Notes under the pieces: model-generated
Seen by the model: the letters and a program-made list of their open reading frames with translations, nothing else
The model's database searches: none
Told to the model about the DNA's origin: nothing
Made by a program: the position numbers and the translations under genes
Assembly: GCA_965237415.1 (NCBI GenBank)
Contig: CBDEFM010000002.1
Span: 160,001 to 224,000 of the forward strand
Length of the DNA stretch: 64,000 nucleotides
Direction: 5' to 3'
DNA from: Alphaproteobacteria bacterium
GTDB taxonomy: Bacteria > Pseudomonadota > Alphaproteobacteria > UBA828
Part shown: positions 44,201-52,759 of the stretch, in pieces
How the letters are laid out: every line of letters begins with the position of its first letter
How positions within the stretch are numbered: position 1 is the first letter of the stretch

Positions 44201-46446
44201 CCCGGGTGGTGGAAGGGCGGCGCGACGAGCTCGCCTTTGTGCAGAAGGCGGAGATGCACTGCCACCGGCACCCCCTCCTCAAATGGGCGGCCGAAGAGCG
44301 CGGCCTGCCGGTATCGGATCTGCCGGAGCATGCGGCGTGGCTGGCCGAGGGCGCGGCACTCGAGGAGGCCGGACGCCGGATGCAGGAGACCCCGGGCTTC
44401 GTCGGGCGGATCGCGGCGGCGCTCGGGCGGATCGCGCAGGGCTTCCGGCTCGACGAGGGGGAGAGGTTCCGCGACGCGGCCGCGCGCCACGAGGCAGACG
44501 CGCAGAGACTGGGGATCGACCCCGGCGACATGACGGGGACGGCGCAGCTCTTGCAACGGGCGGAGGCGCTGGGGCGCCACGAGCTGCCCGAAGCCGTCCG
44601 CCGGACGGTGGAGGCGTGGACTCCGGAACCCGATCCGCCTGCCCCGGAAAGGGTGCACCGGCTGCGCCCGGATCACGAGGAGGCCGGCCGCCGGATCGAG
44701 ACGTTCCTGCGGGACTGCCGGCATTGCCTGAATGCGACCGCGCCTGCGGCCGAAACACTGGACCAGCGGATCGACGCGGCGGAGACGCTTCGCCGCGAGG
44801 GGCTGCGGCTGCTCGGCGAGGGCGAGGGAGCGAAGCTCGACGATCCGGCACGCATCCGGCTGTCCCGCGCCGCCGACGAACGCGAACGGGTGCGCGAGGC
44901 CGTGGACGCGCTGGGGGCGGAAGCGCAAGGGCTCCGCTCGCGGGCGTTCATGGAACTCAGCCGGAGCGTTGCCCGGCATGGCCTTGAGGCGCACTCCGAT
45001 CCGGTCGACCTGCCGCCATGGGGGGCTCTGCGGGATCGCGCCGAGGCACTCCGGGGCGAGGCGGGGCTTGCACCGGACGCGCGGGAGGCGGTCGATGCGG
45101 TGCTCGCCCGCGATGCCCGCGTGGAGGCCGAGATCGCTCCTGTGGGAGCGTTCCTCGAAGAGGGCGCCTTGCACCTGGATCGGCGCGCCGCACTGGACGA
45201 AGGGGCTCGCGGCCTCGACCCCCCGTCCCCGGATGCGGTCCCGGCCTGGCGGGAACGCTCGCAGGACCTTCGCGAGACCGCCCTGAGCCTTTTGGGAGAG
45301 GCGCCGGCCGACACCCGGGAAACGCAGGCCGCGGCCAGTCTAGCCGACATGCCGCGGCTTCAGGGCCGTGTCCGGGAGGTGCTGGACCGGCTGGAGACCC
45401 TGGAACTGCGCGACGAGGTCGCGGACTTCCAAAAACTTGCGGCCACGGTCGAGGGGCGAGCCAGGCGGCAGGACACGCTGCCGCTGTACGTCGAGGGCTA
45501 CAGCCACGCAACCGCGATGGCGCAAACCCTCACGAGCCGCGCGGCCTTGCCGGAAGCGCCACGCCATGAGGCGGCCGCGTGGCTCGACCGCGACCGGAAC
45601 TGGAAGGAGGAACTCGCCTCGGCGCTGAAACTCACCGAAGCGCAGGAACGGGATGTCGACAGGGCCGGCCTCCCCGAGGCCCTCTCCGAGGCTCTCCCCG
45701 AGGCCTTCCGCGAGGCCGCTTGCCTTCCCGCCGTGAGGGCGGCCATCGGGCAGGAAACCGCCCGGCTCGCCCGATCACCGACCCCGGAGCGCTGGATGAC
45801 GTGGACCGGCGACGAGCCGTTGGTGGCGGGCGACTACATCGCCTGGCGCGCGGGCGGCACAGTGCACCACGCGGCGGTGGCGTTCCCGGGGAACACGGGC
45901 GGCATGCGCGCGAGCGACACGCTGCTGCTCAGGATCGCGGGGCCGGCGGACGGGACCGCTCTCGACGACGCAGGCCGGATCGTCGAGATCCATGCGCGGG
46001 CTCTGCGGGACGGCGGATGCGCCCGCGCCGCCTGGTCCGACGAGGGGCTCAGGCGGCTGGAAGCCGCCCGGCAGTATTCCGTGCCCAGCGCCGCCTGCCG
46101 GCTCGCCTGTTCCGACCCCGTCGAGGGCGACCGCATCGCCTGGACCGAAACCGCCGGCCGGACCGGAGAGGTGCGGACCATCGAGGCCGTGGTCGCCACG
46201 CGGACCGAGACCCCCGACGGGCACGAGATCGCGCTCCGGACGATCCGCGCCTCAGGCCCCGGCGCGCCGGAGCCCGGCGGCTCGATCCAGCGGACCGCGG
46301 GGGAGGTCACCGCGCGCGGCTGCTTCCGTGCCGCCTGGTCCGACGAGGCCCGGCGCGAGCGCATACTCAACCCGCCGAAGGAGGTCCAGGAGCGCACCCT
46401 GACGCTGCGCCGCGGGCGCTCCCACGGCGGAGGCATCGGCATGTGA
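41245..46446 (+). CDS. MobF (TrwC/TraI-like) relaxase-helicase with a long C-terminal extension
   Basis: N-terminal YY/YY, DLTLSAPKSVS, HUH motif HLTSR..DPQLHTH, Walker A GVAGAGKTT, DESSM, LVGD..QL, HAAQG.T. Confidence 0.92.
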   Translation: MTASLIDLSSVGTTVKYFTVAYYEAEGYYAKNDPRHRRASFWHGEGAAALGLPQHVSPRTFERVLAGYVPGTEIRLGRARDGEHQHRPGLDLTLSAPKSVSLEALLYGNRRVLGAHDAAVRSTLDWVEAELLQTRGYDPATGRRPRVAADGLVAAGFRHLTSRNQDPQLHTHCILANMTRNRAGEWRSVEPTEIRRNVKLIGAYYRQELARRLIALGFRIETTMIGGVPGFEIAGYPREMLDTFSTRRREILAWLDAHGLPYSAALTQQAALITRKRKVDKDLDTLKAEWKARAEGIAHDRSLARQGRAQDGRQSRKTSKGRPYVRTEQELRPEPPGLSVREVVWRAVEHLAERASVFRESDVRAIALSHAPGRHGLGEIDAAVTGLLADGHLVEARVRSGRSFVTADALRSEREIMSRMRDGIGAAEALTEEARVSHRMGQTILTEGQREAVRTILLSHDRIVAVQGVAGAGKTTMLREVLDLIGERKAILLAPSAAAARVLADETGARVRTVQWFLTRYGDLGNAAKTAIARREHEGSVLVLDESSMTSTAQMQLLMRISERLRVARLVLVGDRGQLRAVGAGEPFRALQDAGIAMAEMDEILRQRDPGLKRAVKALQQGRAAEAVRGFGEVREVPHEELGAEAARLWLALDEEQRAGTAILAPTHFIRAEIHRVVREGLAREGVLHGRELEIERYVNRHLTAAQRADVRHHEPGDLVIFHSRVPPLRVDEGDACRIARAEDGFVFLDHPSGRTVRIRPGDSWVRYRFGIYETARIRIRAGDRVRWTRNDKRHDLLNGGEAVVLGIDSRRVRFDLGGGKPLSLARDDPQLRHIDYAWSTTIHAAQGMTRDAAIGVLDTGHGRLTGQAGLYVEASRARDRFVLVTDNRETLEEALEENDGARLTAREAVGETDLPAQPPDAASRMLRDLRDDWRALLARAEAETTELNRMEGYARIVTGMQALAAGLYLPPEMQAFVDEVRQRDARVVEGRRDELAFVQKAEMHCHRHPLLKWAAEERGLPVSDLPEHAAWLAEGAALEEAGRRMQETPGFVGRIAAALGRIAQGFRLDEGERFRDAAARHEADAQRLGIDPGDMTGTAQLLQRAEALGRHELPEAVRRTVEAWTPEPDPPAPERVHRLRPDHEEAGRRIETFLRDCRHCLNATAPAAETLDQRIDAAETLRREGLRLLGEGEGAKLDDPARIRLSRAADERERVREAVDALGAEAQGLRSRAFMELSRSVARHGLEAHSDPVDLPPWGALRDRAEALRGEAGLAPDAREAVDAVLARDARVEAEIAPVGAFLEEGALHLDRRAALDEGARGLDPPSPDAVPAWRERSQDLRETALSLLGEAPADTRETQAAASLADMPRLQGRVREVLDRLETLELRDEVADFQKLAATVEGRARRQDTLPLYVEGYSHATAMAQTLTSRAALPEAPRHEAAAWLDRDRNWKEELASALKLTEAQERDVDRAGLPEALSEALPEAFREAACLPAVRAAIGQETARLARSPTPERWMTWTGDEPLVAGDYIAWRAGGTVHHAAVAFPGNTGGMRASDTLLLRIAGPADGTALDDAGRIVEIHARALRDGGCARAAWSDEGLRRLEAARQYSVPSAACRLACSDPVEGDRIAWTETAGRTGEVRTIEAVVATRTETPDGHEIALRTIRASGPGAPEPGGSIQRTAGEVTARGCFRAAWSDEARRERILNPPKEVQERTLTLRRGRSHGGGIGM

Positions 46447-46517
46447 GGTGCGGCAACCTGGGTGGGCGCCTGCGCCTCGCCATCCGGGGACGCGTCCGAG
46501 GACGCGCGCAGCGCCGG

Positions 46518-46964
46518 TCAACGGAGCAGCGGCGGCACGCTCTCCATCCACTCCCGGAACTGCCCTTCGACGACCGGCCCGTCGTCGGCGCCGAACACCG
46601 CCACCAGCAGCGGCCCGAGCTCGTGCTCCCGGCCCTGCCGGACAAGGTCGTGCAACGTCGTCATGAGCAGCAGTTCGACCGACTGCAGCAGCCGTTCGAT
46701 CGATCCCCCGGAGGCCGCCGACAGCATGCTCTCGGCCAGGCGGTCCACCCGGTCGAGCAGCCGGCGCTGTTCCGCCTCGCTCAGCGCCAGAGCCGATGCG
46801 TCCGTCTGCGCGGGGCCGAGCTCCACGTTCAGACCGGCCGAGATCACGTGATCGTTGATCGATACGTCGCGGCTCTCCGCGACCTCGCGGATCCGTTCCC
46901 ACTCCGATTCCAGGCACGAGATCGTGAGCCGTGCCCGGGGCGTCGCGCGCCGCTCCGCCATCAA
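46518..46964 (-). CDS. MobC-like RHH protein (third of three)
   Basis: LTISCLESEWERIREVAESRDVSINDHV. Confidence 0.65.
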   Translation of the reverse strand: MMAERRATPRARLTISCLESEWERIREVAESRDVSINDHVISAGLNVELGPAQTDASALALSEAEQRRLLDRVDRLAESMLSAASGGSIERLLQSVELLLMTTLHDLVRQGREHELGPLLVAVFGADDGPVVEGQFREWMESVPPLLR

Positions 46965-47281
46965 CTGCCCCCCCGGCGCGACTGGATCGCGTGCTGTATG
47001 AAGGCGATCGCTCCGAACACGGAAAGGTCGGTTCCCGGAAGTGATTCACCCAGCGCGCGGCGCACCCGGTCCAACTCCTCCACCCGCTGGTACAGCGTCA
47101 GTTGCTGTTCTTCCGACAGCACCAGCCGCGGCTCGTCTCGGCGCGGCCCGCCCGCGTCCTCGTGCAGCGCGCAGGCAACCAGGTATCCCGAGACCGACAT
47201 GCCGAGTGCGGCCGCGCGTTCCCTGATCTCGGCCCTCTCGGCCCGGGTGCAGCGCAGCGTGCGGCGCACCACGCTCGCCAT
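46961..47281 (-). CDS. MobC-like RHH protein (second of three)
   Basis: RTLRCTRAERAEIRERAAALGMSVSGYLVACAL. Confidence 0.75.
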   Translation of the reverse strand: MASVVRRTLRCTRAERAEIRERAAALGMSVSGYLVACALHEDAGGPRRDEPRLVLSEEQQLTLYQRVEELDRVRRALGESLPGTDLSVFGAIAFIQHAIQSRRGGS

Positions 47282-47284
47282 CGC

Positions 47285-47668
47285 TCAGGGCCGCGGCGCG
47301 GGGCCGCCCTCCGGATCGGCGCTGCCGGAGACCGCCCGCCAGCGTTCGGCGGCGCCGGGATCGGTCAGACGGTCGAGCTCGGCCTCCCGGTCGAGCCACG
47401 CATCGACGGCATCGCCGAGCGCCTTCCAGCGGTCCTCCAGCCCCAAATCGGCCATCCGCCGTTCTTCGATTTTGGCGAGCAGCAGAAGCTCGCGTACCGC
47501 GCGGCGCAGAACCGTATCTGGCAGCGGGTCCGGCACGGTCGCCCGGTGCACGATGTAGCGCGAGAGATCCATGTCCGCGACCGCCGCCAGTTCGCGAATG
47601 CGCGCCCATTCGCTCGCCGTCGCCATCACCGCGTGCTGGCTGCGGCGTTCCGCCGGCCGGCGGCTCAT
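47285..47668 (-). CDS. MobC-like RHH protein (first of three)
   Basis: HAVMATASEWARIRELAAVADMDLSRYIVHRA. Confidence 0.7.
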   Translation of the reverse strand: MSRRPAERRSQHAVMATASEWARIRELAAVADMDLSRYIVHRATVPDPLPDTVLRRAVRELLLLAKIEERRMADLGLEDRWKALGDAVDAWLDREAELDRLTDPGAAERWRAVSGSADPEGGPAPRP

Positions 47669-47724
47669 GAGGGCGCCCCGCGGACCTTGCAGCGGGGCCT
47701 GATGCAGCTCATCGGAGCCGCATT

Positions 47725-48047
47725 CTGGCTATCAACACCTACAATATCCCTTATAATACAAATAACTCTGTCCCATCGTGATACGTCGCTCCAGCTCACC
47801 GCCCTATCGCCTCTATCCAAACACATATCCACCGCATACCCTCCACCCATACAGATCCATCATCTCAGACATACGCATTTACTTCCCAGAATGCAACTGA
47901 CCCCTCAAAGCCCCCCTTTCTTACATCAGCCCTCCACCGCCATATTCCTCTTGCATAATTCCACAACTACCAGTAATATAACACTTAATCAGGAGACAAA
48001 GCAACCCACTCAATCTCATGACTCACTCCAACCTTGTTTGTTTCTTT
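47725..48047. other. AT-rich, strongly G-poor non-coding tract (candidate promoter/oriT region)
   Basis: Plus strand dominated by C, A and T. No credible ORF. Lies upstream of the RHH operon. Confidence 0.5.
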
Positions 48048-48073
48048 CCAACGCCACGTGCCGGGACACGATC
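48048..48073. mobile_element. Solo IS256-type end
   Basis: CCAACGCCACGTGCCGGGACACGATC matches 37394-37419 at 21/26 nt and sits exactly at the break in the IS1595 transposase. Confidence 0.7.
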
Positions 48074-48359
48074 CCTTTGCATTGGTAGCGCCGAAGACCA
48101 CGTGCCTTGCCCCGTGAAACCGCCCCCTCCCGCGCGCAATGCGGACAGCGCCGGGCCTCGTCCACAGCGAGTTCGATCGCCGCCTTCGACGCCTCGCCCG
48201 TACTCCGGCCAGACAGAACCGCCAGTGCCTCGCGCCGCTGTGCCCGCGTCAGCCCGCTCGCCGCCGAAAGCCAGCCCTGAAAATCCTGACTATCCATGAC
48301 CAAACCTCCTGAGATTCGGGCCATTCTGCCAACGATGCGTACGATTTGCGAATTGAGCC
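48074..48359 (-). mobile_element. IS1595-family element, 5' portion (left IR plus transposase N-terminal Zn ribbon)
   Basis: IR GGCTCAATTCGCAAATCGTACGC; MDSQDFQGWL...CPHC...GLRRYQCKG, then cut. Confidence 0.85.
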
Positions 48360-48507
48360 TTCTTCTATGCCTACTAGGCATACTATATGCGCTCGTTCGG
48401 ATGAACCGGGATGACGGCGGCGTCGGGCCGTAGACGGCCGGGACTGGGCAGAGCGGCCTGTTCCGGACCGCTTTCGAGAGCGTGCCCGGCGCTGCGGGAC
48501 TTGGGCG

Positions 48508-48951
48508 ATGAAGCGCCTTGCGGCCCTGGCGGTAGCACTCACGGTGTCGTCGGCCCCCGCGGCTGCGGCCGACTACGCGTGGCCGGTGGTGCGGGTGGTC
48601 GACGGCGATACCGTGGCGGTCGATGCCTCGGCCGACATGCCGCCCGAGCTGGCCGACGTCAAAGTGCGCCTGAGAGATGTCGACACGCCGGAGAAGGGCG
48701 GTCGCGCCAAGTGCCCGGATGAGCGGGACGCCGGCCAGTCGGCGACGGAATTCACCGAGAAGGCCGTCGCAGAAGCGTCGGCGATCGTGGTGCGCGACCC
48801 CAAATGGGGCAAATGGGGCGGCCGCGTGATCGCCGACCTCGTGCTCGACAATCGTTCTCTATCGGCCTGGTTAATCGCAGCGGGGCACGGACGGGCCTAT
48901 GATGGCGGTCGGCGCGGGAGCTGGTGCCCCCAGCTTCAGACCCAGGAATAG
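48508..48951 (+). CDS. Secreted thermonuclease (SNase-like)
   Basis: Signal peptide, VVRVVDGDT, VRL.DVDTPE, KWGGRVIA, LI..GHG..YDGG. Confidence 0.88.
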   Translation: MKRLAALAVALTVSSAPAAAADYAWPVVRVVDGDTVAVDASADMPPELADVKVRLRDVDTPEKGGRAKCPDERDAGQSATEFTEKAVAEASAIVVRDPKWGKWGGRVIADLVLDNRSLSAWLIAAGHGRAYDGGRRGSWCPQLQTQE

Positions 48952-49110
48952 CCGGACGCCGCGAACGCGTTGGCCCCAGGGCACCGGGCTCGCCCATCCC
49001 ACCGTCCGACCGCTCCCGTCCGACCGCTCCATGACTCCTTGCCGCCTGTCGGTTAGCATCGGCGCCGACCCGCGCGGCGGACGGTCGCCGAGCGCGGAAG
49101 GGAGGGACCG

Positions 49111-50523
49111 ATGGAAGGGCACGCCGTAACCAATCTCAGCCTCGAGCAGATGGACGTGGAGACCACGCTCCACGCTTTTACTCCGATCCATGAGCACGAG
49201 AAGACCGGCCCGCACATCATCACCAAGGGCGATGGCATCTACGTCACCGACAACAAGGGCAATACCTACATCGACTCCATGGCCTCGCTCTTCTGCGTCA
49301 ACGCGGGATACGGACGGAGCGAGATCGGCGAGGCGATTGCCGAGCAGGCCCGGAGCTTCCCCTACTTCCACACCATGGCGGGCCATGCCAACGAGCAGCA
49401 GATCAGGCTGAGCGACCGGCTGATGGACCTGCTGCCGGACTCCATGAGCCGGCTTCTCTACGCGAGCTCGGGCTCGGAGGCGAACGACGCCAACGTCAAG
49501 CTCGCCTGGATGTATCAGCGCTGCCGCGGCAAGCCCGAGAAGCGCAAGATGATCGGGCGGCACATGGGCTATCACGGCGTGACCGGGATCGCGACCAACC
49601 TCTCGGGCCTGCCGATCATGCACGAGGCCTTCGGCCTGCCGCTCCCGGGCTTCCTGCACACCGAGAAGGGCCACTACTACTGGGAGGGCGAGCCCGGCGA
49701 GAGCGAGCGGGACTTCTCCAAGCGTATGGCCGCCGCGTTGGAAGAGATGATCATCCAGGAGGGGCCGGAGACCGTCTGCGGCTTCATCGCCGAGCCGGTG
49801 ATGGGCGCCGCCGCCTGCGTCGCGCCGCCGGAGGGGTACTTCGAGGAAATTCAGGAGGTCCTCAGGCGCCACGACGTGCTCTTCATCGCCGACGAGGTGA
49901 TCACCGGCTTCGGCCGCCTGGGCACCTGGTTCGCGACGGAGAAATACGGCCTCGACCCCGATCTGATGACGCTGTCGAAGGGCATCACCAGCGCCTATGT
50001 GCCGCTCTCCGCTTCGGTGATTTCGGACCGCGTCTGGGAGGTGCTGCACGAGGGCTCGAAGGACATCCCCATTTTCGCGCACGGGCACACCGCGAGCGCC
50101 CATCCGCTCGCCTGCGCTGCCGCCAACGCCAACCTCGCGCTCATGGAGCACGAGGACATGGTGGGGAACGCGGCGTCGACCGGCGCCTACTTCAAGCAGC
50201 AGCTTGAGGAGCGTTGCGGCGACCACCCGCTGATGGGGGAGATCCGCGGCGACGGCCTGATGCTTGCGATCGAGCTGGTGGCGAACAAGGAGACGAAGGA
50301 AGAGCTCGACCTGGAGTGGGATTGCTCACACCGGCTCTTCGATCTCTGCCTGAAGGAGAAGCTGATCACGCGCGGCTTCTTCGGCCACAACTCGACCTCC
50401 TTCGCGCCGCCGCTGACGATCACGCCGGATCAGGTGGACGATGTGATCGACCGCTTCTCCCGCGGCCTCGATAGGCTGACGGCCGACCTCAAGACGGAGT
50501 ACGGCTTCTCCCCGCCGGCCTGA
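49111..50523 (+). CDS. Class III (omega-amino acid) aminotransferase
   Basis: SGSEAND, GYHG, IAEPV, ADEVITGFGR.G, LSKGIT (PLP Lys). Confidence 0.92.
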   Translation: MEGHAVTNLSLEQMDVETTLHAFTPIHEHEKTGPHIITKGDGIYVTDNKGNTYIDSMASLFCVNAGYGRSEIGEAIAEQARSFPYFHTMAGHANEQQIRLSDRLMDLLPDSMSRLLYASSGSEANDANVKLAWMYQRCRGKPEKRKMIGRHMGYHGVTGIATNLSGLPIMHEAFGLPLPGFLHTEKGHYYWEGEPGESERDFSKRMAAALEEMIIQEGPETVCGFIAEPVMGAAACVAPPEGYFEEIQEVLRRHDVLFIADEVITGFGRLGTWFATEKYGLDPDLMTLSKGITSAYVPLSASVISDRVWEVLHEGSKDIPIFAHGHTASAHPLACAAANANLALMEHEDMVGNAASTGAYFKQQLEERCGDHPLMGEIRGDGLMLAIELVANKETKEELDLEWDCSHRLFDLCLKEKLITRGFFGHNSTSFAPPLTITPDQVDDVIDRFSRGLDRLTADLKTEYGFSPPA

Positions 50524-50639
50524 GCACAGGACACGGGAGCGGCGCTCAGGCTCGCCGCGGCTGCCGATGCCGGCATTCAGGCGGCCTGCGGGGTCCGCAT
50601 GCCCCGGTCCCGGTGATCCGGGGGAGGCGGAGAGGGCTG

Positions 50640-50793
50640 CCGCCCGCACCGGCGGCGAAGAGCCGCCTTGGATGGCCGGCTTCGGGGCGCTGTCCGATAT
50701 TTCGGGCGAGAACCGCCGCGTCCTCGAAGCGATCGAGATGGAGTTCGAGAGGCTCACACCCGAAGACGTCGCGTGATCCTCGCTGCCGGATAG
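50640..50793 (+). pseudogene. VapB-like antitoxin remnant followed by a VapC stub
   Basis: PPWMAGFGALSD...NRRVLEAIE.EFE.L.PED*, with an overlapping GTGA start giving VIL then an early stop. Confidence 0.45.
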
Positions 50794-50818
50794 CGTTCGG
50801 CTCGGCAGGCGGCGGCCA

Positions 50819-52276
50819 CTACGCCGCCTGCTTCGATTGCAGGCCGTTCTCTTCCACCCAGCGGGTGGTGTCGTCGAGGGCGGCGGTGAAGCGGCGCATC
50901 ATTTCCTCCATCTCGGCCTCAGTCATCACCAGCGGCGGGGCGAAGGCGAGGCTGTCGCCGGCGAGCGCGCTCCTGATGATGAGGCCGTGCTCGCGGGCGC
51001 GGTCCACCGCGTAGGTCTTCACGCCGAACGACGGGTCGAAGGAGCGCCGGGTTTCCTTGTCCGCCACCAGCTCGATGGCGGCCATCATGCCGACGCCGCG
51101 GGTGGTCCCCACCAGCGGGTGATCGGCAAAGCCCCTGATGCGCTTCTGTAGCAGGCCGCCCACGCGGCGCACGTTGCCGAGCACGTCGCGCTCCTCCATC
51201 AGCTCCTGGCAGCGGAGTGCCACGGCGACCGCTACCGGGTGGCCGGTGGTGGTGAAGGCGTGGGCGAAGAAACCTAATTTGCGGCTCTGGGCCAGCATGG
51301 CGTCATAGAGCTTCTGGTTGATCATCACCGCCGAGATCGGCTGGTAGGCGCTGGCGAGCCCCTTGGCCAGCGAGAGCCCGTCGGGCCGGATGTTGAAGGT
51401 CTCCGACCCCAGCCAGTTGCCGGTGCGGCCCGAGCCCGTGATGACCTCGTCGGCGAAGAACAGCACCTCGTACTTGTCGAGGACGGCCTGCACCTTCTCG
51501 AAATAGGTCTTGGGCGGCACGATGCAGCCGCCGCCGCCCATCACGGGCTCGGCGAAGAAGGCCGCGACGGTCTCCGGTTCCTCCTTCACGATCAGCTCTT
51601 CCAGGTTGGCGGCGAGCCTCGTGGCGTAGTCCTCCTCGCTCTCGCCCGGCTCGCCGTAGCGGTAGAAGTGCGGGCAGTCGGTCTTGAGGAAGAGGTCGTT
51701 GACCGGCAGGTCGAAGTCCGTGTGCATCTGCGGGATGCCGGTGACGCTGGCGGCGCCGCAGGTCACGCCGTGGAAGCCCATGAAGCGGGAGATGATCTTC
51801 TTCTTCTCCGGCTTGCCGATGGCGTTGTGGTAGTACCAGGTGAGCTTGACCAGCGTGTCGTTCGCCTCGGAGCCCGAGTTGGCGAAGAAGACCCTCGCCA
51901 TCGGCACATGCGTGGACGCCTTGAGCCGCTCGGCGAGCCGGCCCATGGGCTCGGTCGTCTTGTCGATCAGTGAGTGGTAGTAGGGCAGCGTCCGGAACTG
52001 CTCGATCGCGGCATCGACCAGCGCGCTCTCGCTGAAGCCGAAGTTGGCGCACCACATGCCGGCGACGCCTTCGATGTAGTCGCGGCCCTCCTCGTCGATG
52101 ATGGAGACACCCTTGCCGCGGGTGATGACGAGCGGCGGCGTCCTCTCCAGTGCGTCGAGATTGCCGTAGCCGTGGGCGACGTGGGCCACATTGCGCGCGC
52201 CGAGGGAGTTCGGGTTGCTGACGGGCGCGGGGCTGTCTTCGCCGGCGCTCAGGGTGGTGCTGCTTGCATCGTCCAT
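50819..52276 (-). CDS. Class III aminotransferase
   Basis: NSGSEAND, GFHG, FAEPV, ADEVITG.GRTG, LAKGL. Confidence 0.92.
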   Translation of the reverse strand: MDDASSTTLSAGEDSPAPVSNPNSLGARNVAHVAHGYGNLDALERTPPLVITRGKGVSIIDEEGRDYIEGVAGMWCANFGFSESALVDAAIEQFRTLPYYHSLIDKTTEPMGRLAERLKASTHVPMARVFFANSGSEANDTLVKLTWYYHNAIGKPEKKKIISRFMGFHGVTCGAASVTGIPQMHTDFDLPVNDLFLKTDCPHFYRYGEPGESEEDYATRLAANLEELIVKEEPETVAAFFAEPVMGGGGCIVPPKTYFEKVQAVLDKYEVLFFADEVITGSGRTGNWLGSETFNIRPDGLSLAKGLASAYQPISAVMINQKLYDAMLAQSRKLGFFAHAFTTTGHPVAVAVALRCQELMEERDVLGNVRRVGGLLQKRIRGFADHPLVGTTRGVGMMAAIELVADKETRRSFDPSFGVKTYAVDRAREHGLIIRSALAGDSLAFAPPLVMTEAEMEEMMRRFTAALDDTTRWVEENGLQSKQAA

Positions 52277-52412
52277 CACGGGCCATCTCCGTCGCTTGGG
52301 GCCGTCGGCCGGAGCCTTCCTCCGGGCCGCGTGCATACTAGCAGGCCCGCGCCTTGTTCATATCCCTGAGTCGCCGTGGGAGGATGACAGGGGGAGGTGC
52401 AGCGGGTTTGGT

Positions 52413-52639
52413 ACGGGATACGCGCGAACATTTCTTGGCGGGATTCGCCGGGATAAAGTGGGATTAAGTGGGATAAGCGGGATTCCGAGGCCCGGGCGGC
52501 GGCGATGAAACGGCCCGCTCGCCGAGCGCCCGGTCGGCGCAGTGGTCGAGCTCAGTCGTGTCGTGCTCAGTCGGGCTTCGCTTTGCATGACGCAATTTTG
52601 GCGCGCACAGCCGGCACCCTCCACCGCACCATGGTCCGG
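52413..52639 (+). repeat. Dispersed GGGAT-array element, copy 3 (one extra unit)
   Basis: GCGGGATTCGCCGGGATAAAGTGGGATTAAGTGGGATAAGCGGGATTCC at 52438-52486. Second box CACCGCACCATGGTCCGG at 52622-52639. Confidence 0.85.
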
Positions 52640-52759
52640 GCTCAGCGAGTGGGGAACACCCCATCCTCCTCCCTCTTTCTCCTCCCTGGGGAGCAAAGGG
52701 AAGGTGGGCCGGCGCACATGCGAGAGACGGTGGAAAGGGGGCGGTCATGGCACCCGCCG

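Noticed and set aside
41245-47668. Complete ICE or conjugative system
   Set aside because: No VirB4, coupling protein, pilus genes or integrase occur in the window.
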